A stretch of DNA of 54,646 nucleotides from a virus, in the IMG/VR virus record IMGVR_UViG_3300045988_087663, positions 1 to 54,646 of that record. One strand, 5' to 3'. How positions within the stretch are numbered: position 1 is the first letter of the stretch; each line of letters begins with the position of its first letter. The notes below the pieces were generated by a model, which was given only the letters and a program-made list of their open reading frames with translations, did no database searches and had not been told where the DNA came from. Below are positions 24,438 through 31,298 of the stretch, piece after piece. Position numbers and translations under genes: made by a program.

Positions 24438-24627
24438 GTGTGGTTCTAAATATTCAAATGTTATTAACAGTCGAAAAATTGAATTAAATGTTTTTCGTAC
24501 CAGGTTATGTAAAAATTGCAAAGAAAGATTTTATACAGAAGAGACAGTTATTTCAAATGAGGAAGCCAGATATTATATGGCGTACCTGTCAAGAAAATAT
24601 AGATCATCTAAAAAGGAGGAAAAATGA
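24424..24627 (+). CDS. NrdR-like zinc-ribbon protein lacking the ATP-cone
   Basis: MECPKCGSKYSNVINSRK...FRTRLCKNCKERFYTEE parallels the NrdR N-terminus (C-P-x-C..V-I-D-S-R..R-R-x-C-x2-C-x2-R-F-T-T-x-E). Only 67 aa. Confidence 0.55.
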   Translation: MECPKCGSKYSNVINSRKIELNVFRTRLCKNCKERFYTEETVISNEEARYYMAYLSRKYRSSKKEEK

Positions 24628-24872
24628 TGTATATACTAATTTTTTATTTTTTAATGACTTTTATATCCGCAGTTGTTGGAACATTTGTTGACTACAAGTT
24701 AAATTTTAAGAGAAATGAAACATTGGCTGAATTTTTTAATTGTGATTTTAGTGTTTTGCGGGATATTCTTATTTGGCTTGCTTGGCCAATAGTATTGCCT
24801 TGCTTGCTTATTTGGTTTGGAATCCCCGCAATATTCATTTGTTGTGTAAGATTGCTGGATATACTTTTTTAA
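24624..24872 (+). CDS. Small membrane protein (2 predicted TM segments)
   Basis: Hydrophobic 82-aa ORF. ATGA overlap upstream. Confidence 0.55.
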   Translation: MMYILIFYFLMTFISAVVGTFVDYKLNFKRNETLAEFFNCDFSVLRDILIWLAWPIVLPCLLIWFGIPAIFICCVRLLDILF

Positions 24873-24891
24873 TTCATAGGAGGTCAAGAAG

Positions 24892-25917
24892 ATGGCAAAA
24901 GAACCACTGGCAGTAAAATATAGACCAACGTCATTCAATGATATGACTGAACAGAGTGCTATAAAAGACATATTAGAAAATCAGATTAAAACAAAGACAT
25001 TCCAACATGGGTATCTTTTTACCGGACCAGCCGGTACAGGAAAGACAACATCTGCGAGGATTTTCGCAAATATGATAAATGATAGCAAAGGAAATCCTAT
25101 TGAAGTAGATGCGGCAAGTAATAGCGGAGTAGACAATATTAGACAGATTATAGAAGACGCTAAAAGAAAACCACTAGACGCAGAATACAAGATATTCATA
25201 GTAGATGAATGTCATTCTCTTTCAAATGGGGCGTGGCAAGCATTATTAAAGACGCTTGAGGAACCGCCAAAATTTACTATTTTTATTTTCTGCACGACGG
25301 ACCCACAGAAAGTACCTGCTACAATTCTTTCAAGAGTACAGAGATATAACTTTCAGAAAATAAGCAATGAAGGAATCATTGAAAGATTAAACGATATTCT
25401 TGAGAAAGAGGGAAAAGAATCTGAAATTCCTATTAGTTGGTCAGCGGATGCTGTTGAATATATAGCAAAAGTTTCATCAGGTGGTATGAGAGACGCAATA
25501 ACACTGATGGATAAATGCTTATCACTTTCCAATAATTTGAGTTTAAAATATGTATTACAAGCAATAGGTGGTGAAGATTATAGCACATTTATAACATTTT
25601 TATCCGCATTAGAGAAAAAGGAAAAAGAGATTTCAATTAAAGTAGTTGAAGATGTTTATACTTCTGGGAAAGATGTAAAGCAGTTCATGAAAGACCTCTC
25701 AAAGTTTATTTTGGAAGTGGGAAAATATTCCTTGTATAATAACTTTGATTATATTAGCTTACCCAATACATTGGAGAATGAGTTAGAACAGCTTATTGAT
25801 GATAGTTTATTTGATGTTATGGACTTTGTAGTTTCGTTGAATAATCAGATTAAGTGGGAAAATGACCCAAAGACACTAGTTGAATTATCTATTTTGATTT
25901 ACTGTGGAAAGGAGTAA
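24892..25917 (+). CDS. dnaX: Clamp-loader ATPase, DNA polymerase III gamma/tau-like
   Basis: YRPTSFNDM..GYLFTGPAGTGKTT (Walker A), IFIVDECH (Walker B), LLKTLEEPP, ILSRVQRY (SRC motif). Confidence 0.85.
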   Translation: MAKEPLAVKYRPTSFNDMTEQSAIKDILENQIKTKTFQHGYLFTGPAGTGKTTSARIFANMINDSKGNPIEVDAASNSGVDNIRQIIEDAKRKPLDAEYKIFIVDECHSLSNGAWQALLKTLEEPPKFTIFIFCTTDPQKVPATILSRVQRYNFQKISNEGIIERLNDILEKEGKESEIPISWSADAVEYIAKVSSGGMRDAITLMDKCLSLSNNLSLKYVLQAIGGEDYSTFITFLSALEKKEKEISIKVVEDVYTSGKDVKQFMKDLSKFILEVGKYSLYNNFDYISLPNTLENELEQLIDDSLFDVMDFVVSLNNQIKWENDPKTLVELSILIYCGKE

Positions 25918-25921
25918 ATAT

Positions 25922-26716
25922 ATGATTGGTCAGAAAAACAACATAAATAATCTTATTCAGTGGCGTTGTAATAAGTCAGTTCCAAGATTCATTATCATTT
26001 CCGGGGATATTGGTAGTGGAAGATTAACGCTTGCAAAAGTCATTATAAAAATGATAAACGCAAAGGGAATAATCATGGGAAATAGTATTGCGGAAGTCAG
26101 AGAAACAATAGAAAATGCTTACACAATCACAGAACCCGCCTGTTACATCTTTAGAAATACTGATGATATGAAAAACGAAGCAAAAAACGCTCTCTTAAAG
26201 GTAGTTGAAGAACCACCTAATAATGCTTATTTCATTATGACAGTACAAAATATAGATAATATGTTGGGAACAATAAAGAGTAGAGGAACAGTCATAAAGA
26301 TGGATCCTTATACTATTCAAGAAATGCAAAAAGTAACAATGGACGAAACTTTATTAAAATACTGCACTAATATAGGTCTCCTTAATACACCGAAGGAAAA
26401 GATCTTGCAAGCAGAGAAATGTGTGGATGATGTACTAGAAGCATTCAGTACTAAGAGTGGTACTAAATTGTTGAAAGCCACTACACAGTTAGAGGCTAAG
26501 AAGACTGACGAGGATAAGGTAGATTGCTTGATTTTTATGAGGATATTTGAACATAAATTATATGATTCTTATGGGTTCTGTTCTCTTTCCCTTTGTATCA
26601 TAAAAGATATATGCTCATGTAGACAGGAATTGCAAAGAAGTAGCATCAATAAAAAAGCCAGTATTGAATCAATGCTTATTAGAATGCTGGAGACATTGAA
26701 AGGAGAAATAATATGA
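25922..26716 (+). CDS. holB: Clamp-loader delta'-like subunit
   Basis: FIIISGDIGSGRLTLAKVI, ALLKVVEEPPNNAYFIM, TIKSRG. Confidence 0.65.
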   Translation: MIGQKNNINNLIQWRCNKSVPRFIIISGDIGSGRLTLAKVIIKMINAKGIIMGNSIAEVRETIENAYTITEPACYIFRNTDDMKNEAKNALLKVVEEPPNNAYFIMTVQNIDNMLGTIKSRGTVIKMDPYTIQEMQKVTMDETLLKYCTNIGLLNTPKEKILQAEKCVDDVLEAFSTKSGTKLLKATTQLEAKKTDEDKVDCLIFMRIFEHKLYDSYGFCSLSLCIIKDICSCRQELQRSSINKKASIESMLIRMLETLKGEII

Positions 26717-27426
26717 TTAAATTAGAACATACAGTTTTACCTTCATCAAATCAAATGCAATTTGTTATTGAAGGTATGAGAAATCCTATGAATAGTTGGG
26801 ATAAGAGTGATAGTGTTAAATGCTATGCTAACGAAAAATGTCAATGTATATGTAATGAAAATAAAATTGGGTTATGTGTGGGTGATAACGACCGCTCCCT
26901 CATGAATAGCTTAGCCAAAGCAGGCACAGACCATAGAAAATTTATGAGAATGATGCCCGTTTATGTGAGAATAACTGCACCTTTATATTGGTGGAAAGAA
27001 GCAGACACATATAAAATTGGTACTGTTGCGAACTCTTGTTCAACTATGCACAAGATTCAGGAGAAGGAGTTTACGTTGGAGGATTTTTCAACGGAACACT
27101 TAAAAACAGGAGCAATCATATGTCTAAACGATATAATTGATGAATTAAATAAAAATAGAGATAGATTTAATAATTTTGATAGTTTAGGTTATGACAATAA
27201 TATTTATGAACCGGAACGTAAAGAAGAAATAAAGAAATATATTTGGTGGCAGATGATTCAACTTCTTCCGAGCAGTTACAATCAGACTCGTAATGTAATG
27301 ATGAATTATGAGGTGCTGGCGAATATTTATAAGTCTCGTAAGAACCATAAGTTAGATGAATGGAGAGAATTTTGCGGATGGATTGAAAATTTACCTTATT
27401 CTGACTTAATCATAATGGAGGATTAA
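26713..27426 (+). CDS. Divergent ThyX-fold-like protein (RHR signature not conserved)
   Basis: DRSLMNSLAKAGTDHRKFMRMMPVYVRITAPLYWWKEADTYKIGTVANSCSTMH aligns by eye to ThyX [51 protein letters not shown], but RHR is replaced by DTY. Confidence 0.35.
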   Translation: MIKLEHTVLPSSNQMQFVIEGMRNPMNSWDKSDSVKCYANEKCQCICNENKIGLCVGDNDRSLMNSLAKAGTDHRKFMRMMPVYVRITAPLYWWKEADTYKIGTVANSCSTMHKIQEKEFTLEDFSTEHLKTGAIICLNDIIDELNKNRDRFNNFDSLGYDNNIYEPERKEEIKKYIWWQMIQLLPSSYNQTRNVMMNYEVLANIYKSRKNHKLDEWREFCGWIENLPYSDLIIMED

Positions 27427-27428
27427 AA

Positions 27429-27791
27429 ATGCAAAGATTTCCTAGATGCTGGGATAAAATCACTTGTATAAATTTTCTTCAAAGGAAAATTATTATAAAT
27501 TCCATAGCTTATTATGAATTGGATGCCCCAGTTATTTCCGATAAACAATATGATGAATTGTGCCATCAGTTGGTTAGTCTACAAAAAACTGTAGATATTT
27601 CAAACACTCAATATGGTTATTGTTTTCAAGATTTCGACGGAAGCACCGGGTTTGATTTGTATGGCCGACTAAATGAGTACGATAAGACTTATTTGAAACA
27701 TATTGCTGAGATAGGTTTACGAAGTTACAAGTCAGAAACCAATCCTCCAACTAAAAAAGTAAAGAAGAAAAAGAAAGGGGGCTTATTCTGA
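27429..27791 (+). CDS. Stand-alone NAD-dependent-ligase domain Ia-like protein with poly-Lys ..KKGGLF tail
   Basis: NSIAYYELDAPVISDKQYDELCHQLVSLQ parallels LigA [30 protein letters not shown]. No adenylation KxDG domain. Confidence 0.5.
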   Translation: MQRFPRCWDKITCINFLQRKIIINSIAYYELDAPVISDKQYDELCHQLVSLQKTVDISNTQYGYCFQDFDGSTGFDLYGRLNEYDKTYLKHIAEIGLRSYKSETNPPTKKVKKKKKGGLF

Positions 27792-28750
27792 TGGAATTAG
27801 CACAGCTTATGACAAGAATTTCAAGTGGTTCTATTCCTCATTTTTTAATCCTATTTGGAGAGGAACAAACTATTTTGGGCATTTATATCCAACATATAGC
27901 TCAAGCCGTAGAAGGTAAAATTATACCAGCTCAAAAGGTTTCCAATGCTGTTAAACAGGTTGGCAAAAAAAGTCTTGACAAATCAAGAAAAATATACACG
28001 ATCACAGATGATCCTGATTTTATAAAAAACGAGGAAATCTGGAAAATAGTAAAGTCTTATTTTAAGAAAGATTATGTGATACTGAGATACCACTCTTTAG
28101 ATAAACGCTCGGCTTTTTTTAAGAAAAACAAAGAAAATATCGTTGAATTTTCACATTTATCTGATGAAGTCTTAAAACAATACATCTATAGAGATTTACC
28201 AGATTTAAGTGATGAAAATGCAAGTAAGTTGATTAGCTATTGCAATAATGATTATGGAAGAATTTTGATGGAAATTGATAAAATATGGCAGGCTCAATCC
28301 AGTAGACTATCTAATTTTAACATAAATTTAGATTCCAATGATTGTTTTGAGGAATTAGATAAGCAAGGTTTATTTCATAAAGAAATCGGAGATATTACTT
28401 TTGAGCTGACAGATGCTGTATTAGGAGGCTATCCTGAAAAAGCTATACAGAAGCTGGATGAGGCAAAACGAAAAGGTGAGCCAGCCATGATGATAGCATC
28501 TATTCTTTATAAAGGTTTCCGGAATTTATTGGCTTATCAAGGGCTTGGAAATAATAAGAAAGGCGCAATGGAAAGAACTGGTTTAACAAAAGGAGAACTA
28601 TGGGGTTGCAATAAAAACATGGGAGGATATAGTCTATCAGAATTACGAAGAAATATGCTTTTTTGTCAAAAAGTAGAAGCTAGTATAAAGATGGGAAAAG
28701 TGGATGAAGATATAGCTTTGGATTATTTAGTATTGACCTGCTTGAAATAA
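27791..28750 (+). CDS. holA: Clamp-loader delta-like subunit
   Basis: 319 aa. N-terminus IPHFLILFGEEQTILGIYIQHI resembles HolA (..YLL.G.E..L). Last gene of the loader operon. Confidence 0.55.
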   Translation: MELAQLMTRISSGSIPHFLILFGEEQTILGIYIQHIAQAVEGKIIPAQKVSNAVKQVGKKSLDKSRKIYTITDDPDFIKNEEIWKIVKSYFKKDYVILRYHSLDKRSAFFKKNKENIVEFSHLSDEVLKQYIYRDLPDLSDENASKLISYCNNDYGRILMEIDKIWQAQSSRLSNFNINLDSNDCFEELDKQGLFHKEIGDITFELTDAVLGGYPEKAIQKLDEAKRKGEPAMMIASILYKGFRNLLAYQGLGNNKKGAMERTGLTKGELWGCNKNMGGYSLSELRRNMLFCQKVEASIKMGKVDEDIALDYLVLTCLK

Positions 28751-28764
28751 AAGCAGGTTTTTTA
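28736..28764 (+). terminator. Rho-independent terminator overlapping the holA-like stop codon
   Basis: ACCTGCTT-GAAATAA-AAGCAGGT followed by T6. Confidence 0.75.
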
Positions 28765-28775
28765 CATAAAAATAC

Positions 28776-28804
28776 TTGACAAAATAAGTTTTATGTATTA
28801 CAAT
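28776..28804 (+). promoter_or_regulatory. Promoter, variant cassette (TTGACA-17-TGtATTACAAT)
   Basis: -35 TTGACA 28776-28781, -10 TACAAT 28799-28804. Near-identical to the promoter at 52131. Confidence 0.8.
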
Positions 28805-28858
28805 ATAAACATAATAAAACAAAGAAAACAATAAAGAAAGGTTAAAAAGGTGATTTTT

Positions 28859-29104
28859 ATGAGAAACTATAAAGGATATTACATTGACGGAGTACACTTC
28901 AAATGCGAGAGTGATGTTGATTCTTTTATCCGTGACAGAGCGGTTAAAAGTTTTAAGCAGGCTATGCTTATCTTTTATAAAGATAGCACGCTGGAAGCAT
29001 CTATCTACTGTGATAAAAGAGCGGATGTGTTGCGTGGTTTAGGTTTCACACCAGAGCAGATTGAAGATATTGAGTTAGATGTTCTTTACTCAATGGAAAG
29101 TTAG
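28859..29104 (+). CDS. Hypothetical protein
   Basis: ATG 28859 after AAAAGGTGA. Leader shared with 124 and 7678. Confidence 0.6.
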   Translation: MRNYKGYYIDGVHFKCESDVDSFIRDRAVKSFKQAMLIFYKDSTLEASIYCDKRADVLRGLGFTPEQIEDIELDVLYSMES

Positions 29105-29115
29105 GAGGTGGATAT

Positions 29116-29628
29116 ATGCTTACATCAGAACAAAAGAAAATAGTTGAGGATAATCACAACCTCATATATTTTTACATAAACAAAAATAACTTGGATGAGA
29201 CTGAATATTATGACCTATTAGCGTTATCTTTATGTAAAGCAGCAAAAAAGTTTGATCCAAGCAAAGGTAAATTTTCCACTTTTGCAATGCATTGTTTTAA
29301 GATGGATCATTTGATTGAGATAAGAAATAAGAAAGCGACAAAAAGAGACGCACTTGTGATAAGCTTGTCCAGTGAGACTTGTCCTGACAGTGAAAATAGA
29401 AGAACGGAATTGTATGACATTATACCAGGTGACAGAGATGTGTTTGATAAAATGATACTTCTTGACATACCAAAGCTACTGGATGATGACAGGCTTGTTC
29501 AATTATGTAAACTGTCTTATCTGGGGTATGGTCAACAGGAAATAGCAGATATGGTTGGAGTTAGTTAAAGTTTAGTTTCAAGACAGTTAAAAATTGCAAA
29601 AAAGATATTGAAGGAGCATTGTATATGA
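29116..29628 (+). CDS. Sigma-70 family factor (regions 2 and 4) interrupted by an in-frame TAA at 29566-29568
   Basis: Region 2 FDPSKGKFSTFAMHCF. Region 4 YLGYGQQEIADMVGVS-TAA-SLVSRQLKIAKKILKEH. The extended frame ends in an ATGA overlap with mazF. Confidence 0.7.
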
Positions 29629-29960
29629 TTAAAAGAGGAGAAGTATATTGGGTTGATTTTGCAGAAGTATTTCCAACTGGGAATCACTACCAAAGAGGGA
29701 TAAGACCGGCTATCATTATTAGCAATGATTATAACAATACATATTGTGAAAATGTCAATATTATCCCATTAACCACAAGGGTTAAAAAATTGCCGGCTCA
29801 TGCGGACATTGTTTTCAAAGGAAGAATCAATAATGCGTTGTGTGAACAGATAACAACGATAGACAAGAGATACCTGAAGGGTTGGTGTGGAAATGTTTCA
29901 AAAGCAGAACTCAAAAAAATAGAAAGCTGTATTTTATGTCAGTTAGGAATGAGGAAATAA
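29625..29960 (+). CDS. mazF: MazF/PemK-family endoribonuclease toxin
   Basis: IKRGEVYWVDF..GNHYQRGIRPAIIISND..NIIPLTT..CEQITTIDKRYL. ATG 29625 lies 8 nt after AAGGAG. Confidence 0.8.
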   Translation: MIKRGEVYWVDFAEVFPTGNHYQRGIRPAIIISNDYNNTYCENVNIIPLTTRVKKLPAHADIVFKGRINNALCEQITTIDKRYLKGWCGNVSKAELKKIESCILCQLGMRK

Positions 29961-29961
29961 C

Positions 29962-30120
29962 ATGGAGAATAATCGAAAACAAACAGTATGCAAAAGATGC
30001 GGAAGGAAATTAAAGAATCCTCAAGCAATAGAATTGGGAATGGGAGCGGTGTGCTGGAAGAAGTATCAGCAAGAAAACAACCATAAAAAGTTATGGAAGG
30101 AGAATTATGAAAATGAATGA
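29962..30120 (+). CDS. DUF6011-like small zinc-ribbon protein
   Basis: VCKRCGRKLKNPQAIELGMGAVCWKK fits C-x2-C-G-R-x-L-x2-P-x-(A/S)-x3-G-x-G-x2-C. Confidence 0.55.
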   Translation: MENNRKQTVCKRCGRKLKNPQAIELGMGAVCWKKYQQENNHKKLWKENYENE

Positions 30121-30253
30121 TTTTATGAAAAAAATTCTTGAAGTGTATGAAAATGAATATGGGAAAGGCGCTAAAATGGAAGACGGAGAAACACAGGTTT
30201 TTGAATTACAGGACTGCACGATCATAGTCAGATTAAGATATGGAGATCTGTAA
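30107..30253 (+). CDS. Hypothetical small protein. The frame stays coding-like past its TAA to 30322
   Basis: ATG 30107 (or 30113) after GGAAGGAG. ..RLRYGDL-TAA-VEVLGDKPIKCDFASGMFSEED-TGA. Confidence 0.45.
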   Translation: MKMNDFMKKILEVYENEYGKGAKMEDGETQVFELQDCTIIVRLRYGDL

Positions 30254-30353
30254 GTAGAAGTCCTTGGAGACAAGCCTATCAAATGTGATTTTGCATCCGG
30301 TATGTTTAGTGAGGAGGATTGATGTTGAATGACTAGAGAAAGGAAAATAGTTT

Positions 30354-30521
30354 ATGAAAATACCATGTGTAAGAGATTGTAAGAATAGAAGTGTAGATTG
30401 TCATTGCACTTGTGAAAAGTATAAAGAGTATAAGGAGGAGATTGAAAAAGCAAATAAGAAAAAGCGTTTGGATAGGCAAATAAATAAATACTTCATGCAA
30501 ACATATTATAGCAAAAAGTAG
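30354..30521 (+). CDS. Small Cys-rich protein
   Basis: MKIPCVRDCKNRSVDCHCTCEKY.., 55 aa, ends inside the terminator stem. Confidence 0.5.
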   Translation: MKIPCVRDCKNRSVDCHCTCEKYKEYKEEIEKANKKKRLDRQINKYFMQTYYSKK

Positions 30522-30546
30522 GTAGGTATTCTACCTACTTTTTTAT
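30513..30546. terminator. Rho-independent terminator (A-run/T-run flanked, potentially bidirectional)
   Basis: AAAAAGTAGGTAG-GTATT-CTACCTACTTTTT. Confidence 0.8.
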
Positions 30547-30548
30547 TG

Positions 30549-30577
30549 TTTACATTTGATTAAAAATATTGTATAAT
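30549..30577 (+). promoter_or_regulatory. Sigma-A-type promoter (TTTACA-17-TATAAT) ahead of the packaging module
   Basis: -35 30549-30554, -10 TATAAT 30572-30577. Confidence 0.65.
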
Positions 30578-30619
30578 TGTACAAAAAACAATAAAATAAA
30601 AAAGGAGGCGGGGAAAGTA

Positions 30620-30844
30620 GTGGCAGATATGTCTAAAATAATGTTTAAATTACAAACAGCATTAAAACAAAAAGGAGTAATAGTATGCATAAATACAAAT
30701 CAATTTTATTCTAAAGAACAAGATAGATTTATTAAAATGTATATAGTAAAACATAATAATAAGGAGGTTATAAAAACAGCCTCACAAATCAAAGTAATAA
30801 ACACATTAAATGAATTTTGGCAGGAGGTAAAAAATAATGAGTAA
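30620..30844 (+). CDS. Hypothetical protein
   Basis: GTG 30620 lies 11 nt after AAGGAGG (ATG 30629 is an alternative). Confidence 0.5.
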   Translation: MADMSKIMFKLQTALKQKGVIVCINTNQFYSKEQDRFIKMYIVKHNNKEVIKTASQIKVINTLNEFWQEVKNNE

Positions 30845-31298
30845 AGAAACAAGCAAAGAAAAAGAAGCAAAGAAGTATTTGAACCAAAGACAAGCAAGAT
30901 TTGTACAAGAGTATATGAAAACAAATAACATCACACAGTCTGCAATCAAAGCAGGATATAGTCCTAAAACAGCTCATGTACAAGGTTGTAACCTACTAAA
31001 AAACATTAAAATCGTCAATTATATAGACGCAATAAACGAAAGACTGGAATCGGAAAAGATTGCAGATATTCAGGAAGTGATGGAGTATCTTACTTCTGTG
31101 ATGAGGGGTGAAAAGAAAGATCAGTTTGATATTGATGCTTCATTAAGTGATAGAACAAGAGCGGCTGGAGAACTTGCGAAGCGTTTGGATGTAAGGGCCA
31201 AAAGTATTCAAGTGGAATGTGCTGTCAATATTATAGACGATATTCCTGATTCAGAGGATATTGAGATAGAGGATGATTTAGATGAGAAAAGTAATTAA
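30837..31298 (+). CDS. terS: Terminase small subunit (P27/Terminase_2-like)
   Basis: LNQRQARFVQEYMKTNNITQSAIKAGYSPKTAHVQGCNLLKN is the typical N-terminal HTH of this family. Confidence 0.8.
   Translation: MSKETSKEKEAKKYLNQRQARFVQEYMKTNNITQSAIKAGYSPKTAHVQGCNLLKNIKIVNYIDAINERLESEKIADIQEVMEYLTSVMRGEKKDQFDIDASLSDRTRAAGELAKRLDVRAKSIQVECAVNIIDDIPDSEDIEIEDDLDEKSN

Noticed and set aside
29566-30253. Genome-wide reassignment of TAA (for example to Gln) as the explanation for the two in-frame TAAs
   Set aside because: TAA is the most frequent terminator of clearly delimited genes here (dnaB, polA, dpdA, the clamp gene, the portal gene and others). The phage tRNA has anticodon UUG, not UUA. Only local readthrough or mutation remains plausible.
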